A DNA stretch of 56,772 nucleotides from a virus (taxonomy: Duplodnaviria > Caudoviricetes), in IMG/VR virus record IMGVR_UViG_3300037511_000152, positions 1-56,772 of that record. One strand, given 5' to 3'. The notes beneath the pieces are model-generated. The model ran no database searches. It had not been told where the DNA came from and worked only from the letters and a program-made list of their open reading frames with translations. Position numbers and translations under genes: made by a program. Positions 24,730 to 35,396 of the stretch are shown here, in pieces (the stretch's first letter is position 1; each line of letters opens with the position of its first letter).

Positions 24730-27012
24730 TCAGCCTCCGAAGTTATTTCCAAAGTCCAGGCCGAATCCGGTCGCAGTGGCCGGCAGCCAGTGGGTGGTTA
24801 CGTCGTACTTGAATGTGGAGACGAGGCTATCACGCACGGACTCGATTTCAAATCGGAGGTCCTGCGCGCCCGTCACTCCGGTATCGGTCTGCATGGCCGA
24901 GGCGGTGTACGTCCAGGTGACGCCCGTCAGCCCTGATTCCGTATGCTTCAGTGTTGTGCCGCTGTAGACGCGGATCGTATAGGTCGTGCCGGTCTCAGGG
25001 CCAACGCTCGCCTCGGTTGTCCCCACCAATTGATCGGATTGAGTCTTGCGATCTCGATGTGCCCAGGTGAACACCATGTCGCCGACGACAGGAGAAAGGC
25101 CGACGATGAGCGAGCCATTTAGCTTCACGTTGGCAGGAGGATAAGGGCGTGCCTGCCGGCTTGCAAACGTCGCCGTATTCGTCGGTGCGTCAGCGAGAGC
25201 GAGCATCGCGCCGGAAACTTTTGTTCGGTAGGCCGTGGTGACTGTTTCGCCGTCCGTGTACTCCTTGCGATCAGTTCCAACGAAGCTGTCATAGAAAAAG
25301 ATCGGCGTATTGGCCTCATGCGGGTGAGGCAGCGTATCTGCGCATCCTCGCGCCACCGTGACCCGTTTGGTAGAAAGGTCGATAGCATCGACGCGGACGA
25401 TCTCGCGAGAAGCTCCTGTGCCCAGTCGCGCGGCCATGCCGACAGAAACGGAGGTCATGTCTGCCGAAGAGCCGTAATGAATCACGGAGGTGTAAGCGTC
25501 GATATCGTCGGCCAAGAGAGCCGCTGGCGAGAAGTTGGCGTCCGCACCTTTCGACATTCCGCTTCCTGCGTCGACCCACAACTCATAGTTTGTCGACATG
25601 CCGGTAGGCTTCTGCACAACTGCCGAAATGAAGCCAGACGTGTCATGCAATGCGGCCAAGTCTGCGGATGGCATCAAACGAACTAGATCACGGTACGAAG
25701 CCTCAGTCATATCGTAGGCAGTCGCAGGACGGGGCGTTACGTCAGGAGGTGTCCAGGTTGACGGCTGAGTGTCGACGTAGCTCGTATCTGGGAACGAGAA
25801 CACGTCCTGCACACAGACGATGGTTATAGTCCCGTCTTCAATGGAGTTCTCTTTGATCTCCCCTGCCCGCACGCGGATGTTCCGCGCGTTAGCTTCTGGC
25901 GCGTTGAGCGTGAACACCGAACCAGGGCGAATCTTCCAGCCCCGGCGATCCAGGGTCACGTTGAACCGCTTCAGCGGCAGCCCCAGGGCTTTGAGATCGC
26001 GTTGTGCGACGCGCGCGGCAAGATCGGCTGTCGGAATGCCGGGATACTCTTTCGTCTGACTGTAGACGGCGTTCTGGGCTTGCATGGAGCCGAGGTTCTG
26101 CACCCGCACGGAGCCGTCCATATCGATGATCGGGTCGTGGTACTTCACGATGAATTCGTTGATCACCGTAGACGTGCTGGAGGTATCCGCGTTTTCGACT
26201 TTCACCAGCCCGCTCGTCTCGTCCAGGACCGGGATATCGGCGTCGGCTGCGGGCGCGCGAATTAGGTCAAGCGTGATCTTGCCGGTCTCCCGATCCTCAT
26301 AAAGGACGCCGCCTATATGGTCGAGAACTTGGCTGACAAACTCGTCTAGATCGCTTTGTCGTACCCAGCGCATGCACAGCCCAAAGTTCTCCGAGCAAAG
26401 GGTGTTTGCAGCATCAATGAACGAGGGAACGTTCATGATGCTCTCCGGATGGCCGCGACCCCATTCCGTGTTCGTGGCGCACTCGTACAGAATGTGAGCC
26501 GGGTTCATTGCGCGAATGTAATTCGACCCTTGAAAGTCCGCTGGCTGGGCAGACCCTACAAGGTAGATCGCGGCCTTCTCTGGATAGAATGTCGGGCCGC
26601 TCCACCCAGCGTTCGTTCGGCGAGCGCGAATCGTCCAGGTTTTCGGATACGGGTTCATCGCGCATATCTGGCCGTCGAAGAACAGCGTGAACATGCGCCG
26701 GAATGCTGGAACGAGCCCACCTAGCATCGCGGCCAAGTTGCCGTTCACAGGCTGATTCCAGTCCCCCATCATGATGTCGAGGTTTCCTACAATGCCGCCT
26801 TCCTTTTTATCGCCCCCGAACAGATCGGGTTGATTGATGTAGAGGCTTCCGCTTGTTTTGATGGAGTCGATGCCAAGCGCTTCGTTCTCTGAAAAGGCGT
26901 ACCGGTCTCCTACCTTGATGGAGACCAATTCGTCGACCGGACCTCGCGACACACCCATGTGCAGGCCCATGAGGTAGCGAAAGCCGATAACTACGTCACC
27001 TTTCTTACCCAT
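24730..27012 (-). CDS. tail tip / central tail fibre (host-specificity) protein
   Basis: GFRYLMGLHMG, MNPAHILYE, RGCADT motifs; position after tail assembly genes. Confidence 0.85.
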   Translation of the reverse strand: MGKKGDVVIGFRYLMGLHMGVSRGPVDELVSIKVGDRYAFSENEALGIDSIKTSGSLYINQPDLFGGDKKEGGIVGNLDIMMGDWNQPVNGNLAAMLGGLVPAFRRMFTLFFDGQICAMNPYPKTWTIRARRTNAGWSGPTFYPEKAAIYLVGSAQPADFQGSNYIRAMNPAHILYECATNTEWGRGHPESIMNVPSFIDAANTLCSENFGLCMRWVRQSDLDEFVSQVLDHIGGVLYEDRETGKITLDLIRAPAADADIPVLDETSGLVKVENADTSSTSTVINEFIVKYHDPIIDMDGSVRVQNLGSMQAQNAVYSQTKEYPGIPTADLAARVAQRDLKALGLPLKRFNVTLDRRGWKIRPGSVFTLNAPEANARNIRVRAGEIKENSIEDGTITIVCVQDVFSFPDTSYVDTQPSTWTPPDVTPRPATAYDMTEASYRDLVRLMPSADLAALHDTSGFISAVVQKPTGMSTNYELWVDAGSGMSKGADANFSPAALLADDIDAYTSVIHYGSSADMTSVSVGMAARLGTGASREIVRVDAIDLSTKRVTVARGCADTLPHPHEANTPIFFYDSFVGTDRKEYTDGETVTTAYRTKVSGAMLALADAPTNTATFASRQARPYPPANVKLNGSLIVGLSPVVGDMVFTWAHRDRKTQSDQLVGTTEASVGPETGTTYTIRVYSGTTLKHTESGLTGVTWTYTASAMQTDTGVTGAQDLRFEIESVRDSLVSTFKYDVTTHWLPATATGFGLDFGNNFGG

Positions 27013-27214
27013 TGCGTTGCTCCTTACGCGCGGCCTCGATTGCTCGTGCCATCAAAGGGTCTTGCTTCCAGTCGTGAGGCATTTCGTCGACCAGTAGGCC
27101 ATCTTTCACGAAACGCCCCCACTCCACGCCGTGTGCTGTCGCCCAGGACCGCGCGCCGGCCATGCAAAGGCTTGCAGCGCGAACGTGACGAGGAAAGAGG
27201 ACAAGACCGGTCAT
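27005..27214 (-). CDS. tail assembly protein
   Basis: RHVRA..LC..GARSW...HG..W..F...G motif; synteny. Confidence 0.75.
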   Translation of the reverse strand: MTGLVLFPRHVRAASLCMAGARSWATAHGVEWGRFVKDGLLVDEMPHDWKQDPLMARAIEAARKEQRNG

Positions 27215-27453
27215 TTGCCGCTGTCCGATGTGATTGCCTCTGTACGGAAGTTACCGAGGCCGAGGATGAAGAAATCTGGGACCCAGCAGTCTCCGAATAT
27301 CACGCATTGTGGCGTGCCCTCTTCAAACTGCGGGAAATCGAAGTCGGTCAAGGCTGCCGGCTTCGCGTCTTGGGGACGCGGGGCAGTAGCAGACGAGATC
27401 ACCGCCGAGATGATCATCGCCGCGATCCACCAACATATGGTGTACGGGTCCAT
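27211..27453 (-). CDS. tail assembly protein
   Basis: Hydrophobic N-terminus, DFDFPQ.EEGTPQ.VIFGDCW. Confidence 0.8.
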   Translation of the reverse strand: MDPYTICWWIAAMIISAVISSATAPRPQDAKPAALTDFDFPQFEEGTPQCVIFGDCWVPDFFILGLGNFRTEAITSDSGK

Positions 27454-27462
27454 CGTGACCTC

Positions 27463-28305
27463 CTAGTAGATCGGGTTTCCGTCAAATGGGCTCGTGCTCG
27501 GAAGGTGAGGCACGCCGCCGTAGTTGACGCTGTTGTTGAAGAAGCTGTTGCAGTAGTCGATCGTCCGCTTGCACCCGGGGTAAATCGTGAACGTCGTGCC
27601 TGCTACGCCGTCTACATCGTCGATTGTGCCGAGGAGATCGATAGCCTGTGCTGTTTGGGCTTCGATACCTCGTCGCTCCACTGTTCCCGTAATCGGATCG
27701 GTCCATTCAACGAAACCTCCGCTGAAACGACCATCGGCGACCAAGGTAGGCGTTGCCACGGCCAAGTGGCTCGCGGTCAAGGTGCCTGTCACTGATACGG
27801 CAAACGCCGCCTTATTCACTCGGCAGTTCGCGTCATACACGAAATGAGGGCACCCGCGTTGCCATTGAAGGCGAAGACCGCCACGCTTGAAAGATATCGT
27901 CAGCATGTTCGCAGTGATTTCGGCCTGCGAAGCGTCAACGATACGGCATGAGCCGACCTCTCCTAGCCACGCGATAGGAACGTTCGTGATGTCGCCGCTC
28001 GCATATGAATCGTCATAGTGCAGTTCGCGCAGCGTCAAGAAAACAGTCTCTGACGGCGGCGTTCCGCGATACTTTTTAACGATGTCGAGATCGGCCCGGC
28101 ACGTCACCGTAAGCGTCTCAGTGGTCGGCTCTCCGTTTTGCTGAAATCCGGCGTCCTCCATCGAAACACCTAGATACGTTTTGCCTGCGACCACGAGGTC
28201 ACGGTCGGACGAGTTGTAGTAGAACGTGGTGTTGCCATACATGAACTCGTAGAGCCGAACCGGGATGCCATCGAAGTTGCTGTTTTCGTAGGCTTGAAAA
28301 GTCAT
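27463..28305 (-). CDS. minor tail protein (BR0599/gpL-like)
   Basis: CP..VYD..C and YPGC.RT...C...FNN..NYGG Fe-S Cys motifs. Confidence 0.85.
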   Translation of the reverse strand: MTFQAYENSNFDGIPVRLYEFMYGNTTFYYNSSDRDLVVAGKTYLGVSMEDAGFQQNGEPTTETLTVTCRADLDIVKKYRGTPPSETVFLTLRELHYDDSYASGDITNVPIAWLGEVGSCRIVDASQAEITANMLTISFKRGGLRLQWQRGCPHFVYDANCRVNKAAFAVSVTGTLTASHLAVATPTLVADGRFSGGFVEWTDPITGTVERRGIEAQTAQAIDLLGTIDDVDGVAGTTFTIYPGCKRTIDYCNSFFNNSVNYGGVPHLPSTSPFDGNPIY

Positions 28306-30650
28306 GGCTTCCTCGCGTTGCAAACCGGCAGTTTCAGGATATACGAGAAGAACGGCTGTATCGGGTCAGTCGGGTCGTACCCCTGAGTCTGCATGTAAAG
28401 AGCATTCGGGCGCAGCGTCCCAGGAGGGAGACCTACTTCCGTAAAGCCGGTAGCCATCGAGTTCACGAAGTAATCGAACGTCCCGAATGTCGATCCGTCC
28501 GACGCATTCAGACCTACCATCTGGTCTACAAAGTGAACGGTATCCATGCTCTGGCCCCAGATCACGTCGTTTCGTGCGTCGAACAAAATATTGTCGAACG
28601 TAGCGGGAACTGGGAATCGCCGACCTGTCCAAAAGGCCGAACCAATATTCCATTCCGCCATGTAGCGAGGACTCCCTGAGTTCTCATAAGCCCATATCGA
28701 GCCACGTCCTGGGTCGGCCAAGAGGCGCGCTATTCCGTTCGCGTTTGTCGCAGCGACCGCTACGGTGGCGCCGTCGAAAACGAGCAGTTGGTTTATGTAG
28801 GTCGACGACGTGGGTGTGCCATTAGGGGCAGTGAAGTACAGCTTGCCGTCCGTGCCGATCACGGAAAATCCGCTGAACAGGCGGTTGGAGTAGGTGTAGA
28901 CGAGCGTAGCCGCCATCGTCGACGGATCAAGTGTGTAGAAGCGTGTGTCAGCTACGACAGAGGCAATCATTACGATAGTGCCGTCGCCGAGAACACGAAT
29001 GCGTCCGCTGCTGTTGTTATACCCGATACCATCTGCCGTGAGGTCTCGACTAGCCAGGACGGTTCCGGTAGCCGCGTCGATCTTAAGCACCCACATGTGA
29101 TTAAGCACGGCATCTATGCCAAAGCACAACATCGCTGACCTGAATGAGTCGTAGGTGAACGCAGGAGCCCCGAAAATGGTGAAATTCGATGGGCCGCCCG
29201 TGATGGTGCCCAGGGCGTCGAGCGCTGAGGTCGAGTATCGATAGGCGATTACCGACCCGCTGTTGGAGCCGGCCCAGATTTCGCGAGTGACAGGGTTGAA
29301 GTCGCCCTCGAAATTCAGATCGTACGCACGCGCAGAACGAAGGATCGGCGCGCAGATGTTGCCGCAAGTTCCTGACAGCATCGCTCCTTCCCAAGCCGGC
29401 TGATCGAGGGCCAGTATCTGGCGATTCTCGGGCGTCGTAATGAAGGATACAACACTGGTCGCGACGCCGGTATTGTCCGTTTGGTGGTTGATTTCCACAC
29501 GGTCCTGGTCAAGCCTCATCAACGTCATAAACGACACGCGTTTGATGGAGGAGACCGCGACAGGCACGCCAAGGTCAGCGGCCAGGGTGAGCGTTTCGGT
29601 TCCGTCTAGGTTGTCTACTGCGGCGTTGATGCGCGTGAACAGAACGCCACCGTCTCGCAACGCGATGCAGAGATCGCGCCGCCCGGGGTACTGGTGCTCT
29701 GGGTGCGTAGAGTCGACCGCCATGTTGACATACTGAGAAACACCGACCTTCTCGATGGTGATCGTCGTGTCCGAGGCGCCGATGTCAGCAGTCGGCCGCA
29801 TGTCGATAAAGAAGGTGGGGACCCAGACCGGTCTTGCTCGGCCGCGAGCCCAGTAGAGCAGATCACGAAGTTCCTTCTGTTCCTGACGACCGATAGTCCA
29901 AATTTCGTGTTGACGGCGTTCGACTGCATACAGAGCCGTGTCGACGCGATACGGCAACGACATTCCGTTGTCGAACTCCGCGAGTATCCGCGACCATTGA
30001 CGGGTCAATGCCCCGTTCTCGTTTGACGGCTTGCGGTAGACCTTGTAGCCAAGGTACGCCTCGGCCGGCGCGACTGCCGAGTGATCGTTCGTTTCGGTAA
30101 CGACGAATGAGCATTGAAACGTGCTCACGTTATCGTTTCGGCGAACGTCCTGGGGCTGGTCTTCAAATTGCGCCTGCTTGATAGGGAAGACCTTCGTCTT
30201 CGCAGGCCAGGGCTTCGCGAGTCCGGGGGCCTTGATAGTCATCGTAGAGCCGCCCAGGAAGGCGACCTCCACAACTTCGAACGTCTGCGCGTCCGCTCCT
30301 TGGATGAACGCCAACCCATCGACCTCGAACTCGGTGTAGTCCGTGTTCACATGAAGAACGGTGTCCCCAGGAGAACCGGCTTCAGTCATCGGATTCGAGT
30401 CCCACCAGAGCGGGAGATTCCAGCGTGAAGCGCCTGCTGCCCAAACTGCGAGGTCAAGGTGAGATCGTTCGTTTCCGACGCCGAGGCACTGGAACTCGAC
30501 ATGCCGGCGCGGCGACAGTCGCAATGCACGCCGCTGCTCCGCTCCTTTTGGCGAAGTTGCGACGCTCGTCTTCCATTCCAGCGCCTCAAGGATGCCGTCT
30601 TTCCAGTCAGGGCGGAACGACCAACACGGGAGAGTCTTATCTGCGGCCAT
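28302..30650 (-). CDS. distal tail protein with long C-terminal extension
   Basis: LEWKT.V..S..G.EQRRALR..PRR N-terminus directly after the tape measure gene; beta-rich C-terminal ~350 aa. Confidence 0.8.
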   Translation of the reverse strand: MAADKTLPCWSFRPDWKDGILEALEWKTSVATSPKGAEQRRALRLSPRRHVEFQCLGVGNERSHLDLAVWAAGASRWNLPLWWDSNPMTEAGSPGDTVLHVNTDYTEFEVDGLAFIQGADAQTFEVVEVAFLGGSTMTIKAPGLAKPWPAKTKVFPIKQAQFEDQPQDVRRNDNVSTFQCSFVVTETNDHSAVAPAEAYLGYKVYRKPSNENGALTRQWSRILAEFDNGMSLPYRVDTALYAVERRQHEIWTIGRQEQKELRDLLYWARGRARPVWVPTFFIDMRPTADIGASDTTITIEKVGVSQYVNMAVDSTHPEHQYPGRRDLCIALRDGGVLFTRINAAVDNLDGTETLTLAADLGVPVAVSSIKRVSFMTLMRLDQDRVEINHQTDNTGVATSVVSFITTPENRQILALDQPAWEGAMLSGTCGNICAPILRSARAYDLNFEGDFNPVTREIWAGSNSGSVIAYRYSTSALDALGTITGGPSNFTIFGAPAFTYDSFRSAMLCFGIDAVLNHMWVLKIDAATGTVLASRDLTADGIGYNNSSGRIRVLGDGTIVMIASVVADTRFYTLDPSTMAATLVYTYSNRLFSGFSVIGTDGKLYFTAPNGTPTSSTYINQLLVFDGATVAVAATNANGIARLLADPGRGSIWAYENSGSPRYMAEWNIGSAFWTGRRFPVPATFDNILFDARNDVIWGQSMDTVHFVDQMVGLNASDGSTFGTFDYFVNSMATGFTEVGLPPGTLRPNALYMQTQGYDPTDPIQPFFSYILKLPVCNARKP

Positions 30651-30652
30651 GG

Positions 30653-33600
30653 TTAGAATCCGAGAATCTTGCGGACCTTGCCACGATTCTTGCCGATCAC
30701 CGAGACGAGGGTCTGTTCGCCGCGCGCGCTCTGCATCGCGTCAGGGATCATGTTCGGGTCCGTGACCAGGATATTGCGGATGGTCTGCGGTCCTTGAGCA
30801 CCAATCTTCGCTACGCCGGCCTTGGTCTGGTTCATGATGTTGCGTGGGTTGTCCTTCGACAGAACCTCTTCGCCCTTTTGGAGTATCGCAGCCTGCTCGT
30901 CACTGCTTAGCCCGACGACCGTGCCTGTGTGATAGCGTGGCGCCCCGGCGAATGCCATCGCGGAAATCGATCGTGACCGGCTTGCCACGTCTCCTACGAC
31001 CCCGCCAGCGTGCGAGACAGTCGGTGTGAAGGTCCAACCGGTCGTAGAAGCGCCCGCTGTAGCGTCGCCCCCAAAAGCCCCAAAGATCGATGAGACGATT
31101 CGCAGCGCGATCATCTTCGTGATGGTCTCCGCTACTGCTTGCGCGATGCTTCCGAGCGCCTTCAAAGCGATAGAACCGACCGACTTGAGTGCGTCTCCCC
31201 AGGACATGGTTCCGCGAATGAGACCTGCAAAGGCGTCCGCCATCCCGTTCACGACATCTTCAAAGCCTTTCGAAAACGAGCTTTCAAAAGCGTCCTTGAC
31301 CGCCGTGAGTTCCTTGTCCGCGTATTTCGCGTTGGTCTGCAACAAGACCAACTGAGCATTCAATGCATTCAGCTTCTCCTGCGGGATGTTGCCGTCTTGC
31401 GCCATCACCGCAAGCAGTTCTTTCATGCTTGCCACGGCTTTGTCAATCGAAGGCTGCGTGGCGTCAAACGCGGTCTTGATCTTCGCCTGCGCATCGGTAT
31501 GCGTCATCACGCCAAGGTCGACCATCTGGTTGTAGGTCGCAACTTCCGCGTTGCGCTGTTGGAGAATGTTGTTCGTCTCGGCCAGTGTCTGATTGAATAG
31601 CGTCATGCCGGCTTCCGCCGACCCAGACTTCGGGCCGAACACATCGCCGGCAGAACTGATCTTCTGCATCTTAGCGACCAGGGCATCGAGCTTGTTGTCA
31701 GAGATGCCCGGGGTGCTCTTCAAGTTGGCCGCGAACTTAGCCATGCCATCGGCGGCCAAGTTGATGACAGGCACGAGTTCTTCGTTGATCTTCTTGATCT
31801 TCTCGTAGGCTGTCACGTTGTCGATGAGCCCGGCTGCCTGATCCGCCGTTACCTCGGCAATCAGGTCCTTACGTTCCTTCATGAGATCGTTGACGGCCTG
31901 CTCGCCCTTCTTCAACGCCTCTGTGTTAAAGGCGATCGTCTCCTGCTGAACGGCTTGCTCTTTAAGCGCCGCAACCTGAGCCTTGAACTGGGCAAGAGGC
32001 GTCCCATCGACGCTTGTAACGCCGGCTTTCTGAGCCTTGACGATCGTGTCTTCGATGTCCTTGAACGAGCGCCGCGTAGCCTCCAGCCGAGCGTCAAGGC
32101 TGTCTTTGTAATCCTTCTCGACTTTCTTGTTGATGTTGTTCAGCTTATCGGCCAGGGACTGCTCAAGCCGCTCCCGCAGCTTCTCAGCTTTGCTGTCATC
32201 CGCAGCCGGCGGGGTCACGCCAGATTTGTCCGGTTTGTCGGTAGGGCCGGATTGAGCGCCCGGCTTAGGAGAAGCCAGACGCGCGCCGTTCGCTCCGACG
32301 ATATCGACCATCATCTGCTGAGCTACGGACCTGCTATCCGCGATTTCCTTGTCGCGCATTGCCCGCGCCGACGCCACTGTCTTCTTCGCGTTTTCCGCAG
32401 CAACGTCGAGCCCGGTTTTTACGTTGGTACTGATGCCGGATGCAATCAACTCACCGAGCTTGTCAAGACCGAATTTCTTAGCCAGTTCGACCAAGTTGCC
32501 GAGGAACCCGTTCTTGATGTCGTCGATGCCCTTGACAGCCTTATTCGCGATGTCGACGATCGACTCGGACAGGCTGGCGAGCACAATGATCAGACCGTAG
32601 CGGAGGTTGATCCACACCTCCATGAGGTTCTGAACCATGTTCACGGCGGCAAGCTGAACGATCTCGAACTTGTTCCGCAGAATCGTGCCGATCTCCCACC
32701 CGGTCATGAAAGCTGTGACGGTCAGGAGAACCTTCTGGATCGCGCCAAGAGCTTTCGTGAGACCCGTTGCAGAAGTAGCGGCTGCATCCAGGCCGCCTGC
32801 TGCGGCAACGCCGGCTGTGCTGGTTCCTGCCAGCGCGGCATTCAACGTCAGAATGTTGGTAGCCGCCGCGACCGCGCTGCCTGCGATTCCGATCAAGAAC
32901 TGCCCGATCTTGATAGTCAGAATCAGGGTCATCACATCGCGAACAAGCTGGAAGTTGTTCACGACGACAGTGAGGACATCCAGGACTTTCGTAAAGCCGT
33001 CTGATAGCTCCTGCGCAAACTTCTTGCCCTCGGCGCTCTTGAAGAAGTCCTGCAATACCCGAAGGAACTTCGTGAATCCGGCCGCAAAACCGGAATCAGC
33101 GATGATCAGCTTGAAGTCGTTGAAAGCCGTGCCAGTTCGGCCGAGTTCCGCGTTCATGCCGTCCAGGGTGTTCGGAAGATTCTTGCCGAACTCCTTGGAA
33201 AAGGTATCCACGAAATTGAGAATCTTGTCGGCGCCAATCTGCCCCTTCTGGAGCATCTTGTCCAACGCGCTCGTCGGAACGCCGAGCGATTTAGCCAACA
33301 GTGCGGCCGCGCCCGGCAGATGCTCACCAAGCTGTTGCCGCAGTTCCTGCGCTTCGATCTTCCCTTTCGAGAACATCTGGGTAATCGCTAGGAACATACC
33401 CTTCGTAGACTCATCATTGAGGCCGAGGGACCGAACCGTTTCCGCCAGCTTCTCGAAGATAAAACGAGTTTCCTGGGTCGTGGCGCCAGACGCCTTAGCG
33501 GCCACGGCGAACTGACCGTAGTCCTTGGTCAGCTTCTGGACGTTAAAGCCCAGGCGATCAGCAACGCCGCGCACATACTCGAACTCTTCGCCGATCTTCT

Positions 33601-34633
33601 TCGAGTCTGTGCTGTCCGCAATCACCGACAGAATGTTCGTGGAGGTCTGCCGATTCTGGAACGAATCCAGCGCCTCCTTGGCGATGTTGATAGCGCCTTG
33701 CAGGCCTGCGTAGGTCGATGCCAGCGCGAGGACTTCGCCGCGCAGACGTTGATACCAGGACAGCGACTCGCGCTGGCCGCTAGTCAGGGAGTCGAGAGCC
33801 TGCTTGTTTTTCTTGACAGCAGCCTCTTCCGCCTTACGAGCGGCCACTTCTTCGGCGGCTCGCTGCTTGGCCGCTTCTGCCTCTTGCCGAGCGGCCTGAG
33901 CGGCCGCAGCAGCAGACTCTCGTTTAGCCTGGGCCGCATCGCGATCGGCTTGCTTGATGGCCTCGGCTGCGGCGCGCTCTGCCTCTCCGATAGCTGCGAT
34001 CTTCGCCTTGTTGGCGTCGGCTGCGGCAGACGTGTTCTTGATCGCGGTCGTTACTTGCTGCTGCGCGACCACGAGTTTGTCTTGGATCGTGGCGAGTTCG
34101 GCCGTTGCGGCGGCAGCACCGTACATCGAAGCTTGGACTTGCGCGATCTCCCCTTGGAGGGCGCCGACGCCAGCTTCGATTTTTTCCGTCTGCGTCTGGA
34201 AACGTTGCAGTTGCTCGACTGCCTGCTTGGTCGGAGGCCCGACCGACAGAATGTCATTCGAGAAAAGTTCGAAGGCGCCTGCCGCGCCCTCTGCTTTCCT
34301 GATCTGCTCGTCAAGCTGCTGGTTAAGACGGACAAGCTGTTCTGACAGGGCGCTCTGCCGGGCGGCCGCCCGGTCCATCGAGGCGGCCGTAGAAGAAACC
34401 GCCTTATCGAGGGCGGTCTGTTGGCGGGCAAGATCGCTTTCGGACTTCGTGAGGTCCGAAATCCCTTTCTTCAGTTCTTCGACCGAAGCATCGGTCTTTT
34501 GAGCGACCTTCGCTTGTTCCGAGAGCGCGGAAGTAACTTCGTCGACTGCGGCGGCGGTATCCTTGAGCGTCTTGCTGCTCAGGTCTTTCGCCCGAATGAC
34601 GAGATCGACTTCCTTTTGATTGTTACCCGCCAT
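30653..34633 (-). CDS. tail tape measure protein
   Basis: 1326-aa Ala-rich helical protein; QMFSKGKI.A.ELRQQLGE tape-measure motif; HTG...EQ.AILQKGEEVL end. Confidence 0.95.
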   Translation of the reverse strand: MAGNNQKEVDLVIRAKDLSSKTLKDTAAAVDEVTSALSEQAKVAQKTDASVEELKKGISDLTKSESDLARQQTALDKAVSSTAASMDRAAARQSALSEQLVRLNQQLDEQIRKAEGAAGAFELFSNDILSVGPPTKQAVEQLQRFQTQTEKIEAGVGALQGEIAQVQASMYGAAAATAELATIQDKLVVAQQQVTTAIKNTSAAADANKAKIAAIGEAERAAAEAIKQADRDAAQAKRESAAAAAQAARQEAEAAKQRAAEEVAARKAEEAAVKKNKQALDSLTSGQRESLSWYQRLRGEVLALASTYAGLQGAINIAKEALDSFQNRQTSTNILSVIADSTDSKKIGEEFEYVRGVADRLGFNVQKLTKDYGQFAVAAKASGATTQETRFIFEKLAETVRSLGLNDESTKGMFLAITQMFSKGKIEAQELRQQLGEHLPGAAALLAKSLGVPTSALDKMLQKGQIGADKILNFVDTFSKEFGKNLPNTLDGMNAELGRTGTAFNDFKLIIADSGFAAGFTKFLRVLQDFFKSAEGKKFAQELSDGFTKVLDVLTVVVNNFQLVRDVMTLILTIKIGQFLIGIAGSAVAAATNILTLNAALAGTSTAGVAAAGGLDAAATSATGLTKALGAIQKVLLTVTAFMTGWEIGTILRNKFEIVQLAAVNMVQNLMEVWINLRYGLIIVLASLSESIVDIANKAVKGIDDIKNGFLGNLVELAKKFGLDKLGELIASGISTNVKTGLDVAAENAKKTVASARAMRDKEIADSRSVAQQMMVDIVGANGARLASPKPGAQSGPTDKPDKSGVTPPAADDSKAEKLRERLEQSLADKLNNINKKVEKDYKDSLDARLEATRRSFKDIEDTIVKAQKAGVTSVDGTPLAQFKAQVAALKEQAVQQETIAFNTEALKKGEQAVNDLMKERKDLIAEVTADQAAGLIDNVTAYEKIKKINEELVPVINLAADGMAKFAANLKSTPGISDNKLDALVAKMQKISSAGDVFGPKSGSAEAGMTLFNQTLAETNNILQQRNAEVATYNQMVDLGVMTHTDAQAKIKTAFDATQPSIDKAVASMKELLAVMAQDGNIPQEKLNALNAQLVLLQTNAKYADKELTAVKDAFESSFSKGFEDVVNGMADAFAGLIRGTMSWGDALKSVGSIALKALGSIAQAVAETITKMIALRIVSSIFGAFGGDATAGASTTGWTFTPTVSHAGGVVGDVASRSRSISAMAFAGAPRYHTGTVVGLSSDEQAAILQKGEEVLSKDNPRNIMNQTKAGVAKIGAQGPQTIRNILVTDPNMIPDAMQSARGEQTLVSVIGKNRGKVRKILGF

Positions 34634-35332
34634 TTTGAAGGCTCCCTATCGTTTTCCTGAATATGCCGTCCTTGTCGCCAGACCAGATCGACAGGACGGC
34701 TTGCTGGATCAAGACCGACTCGGTTGCCATCTTAATGTTGATGCGCTCCCGGGCGATCCTCGCTTCCGTCCACATGAACCCGATGGGATACTTCCAGGCT
34801 TCGGGGTGCCCCTCGGACATGAGGAGACTGGCATCCCGACGCCAGTTGGTATAGACCTTCAGGGTCGGGGACGTTTCCGCGTCTTCCCACTGGGGTTCGA
34901 GACGGTGTTCTTCATCAGTGCCCCCTTCCCCTGCATGAAGAGACTCATCACCGTCTCGACGAATTTTTTTGGGCCACCGTAGTCAGTGAAGGTCAACTCG
35001 AAGATCGACGTGAGTGCTTCGAGGAGAACAGGGACCGGTAGCACTCTGGCGTTTTCAACAGCATCCGGTTCATCGGCGGCCAGGGCGACGGCGCGCGCCG
35101 CAATTTGCGGAGCGTCCTTTACGAAGTTGACGATCAGGTTGGTATCCGAGGCACCATCTGTAAAGATGTTCGGATTTTCCTTGGCGATCTTTTCGAACAT
35201 CACGTCGAGCGACGGCAGGTCATGTTCGATGATCGAGGCAATGTCGGAGAGGGCCAGTGCGCGGACGCTGAACAGAACCTCTTCTCCGTTCTTGACCGGT
35301 TTCCGCTTGGGCTGGAAGCTGGAAAGAGCCAT
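34623..35332 (-). CDS. tail assembly chaperone, -1 frameshift-extended form (gpGT-like)
   Basis: A-AAA-AAA heptamer at 34964-34970; the -1 frame is open from there into ORF 34623-34820. Confidence 0.8.
34859..35332 (-). CDS. tail assembly chaperone (gpG-like)
   Basis: Lies between the major tail and tape measure genes; AGGAG RBS. Confidence 0.85.
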   Translation of the reverse strand: MALSSFQPKRKPVKNGEEVLFSVRALALSDIASIIEHDLPSLDVMFEKIAKENPNIFTDGASDTNLIVNFVKDAPQIAARAVALAADEPDAVENARVLPVPVLLEALTSIFELTFTDYGGPKKFVETVMSLFMQGKGALMKNTVSNPSGKTRKRPRP

Positions 35333-35356
35333 GTTGTTTTCTCCTTGGGGATGGAG

Positions 35357-35380
35357 GAACCCCGGCCGAAGCCGGGGCTT
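35357..35380 (-). terminator. hairpin/terminator after the major tail gene
   Basis: CCCCGGC-CGAA-GCCGGGG (UUCG loop on -). Confidence 0.6.
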
Positions 35381-35396
35381 GCTGCGGGACCTCCGA

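Noticed and set aside
31955-34502. Several long + strand ORFs
   Set aside because: All lie antisense to the tape measure gene
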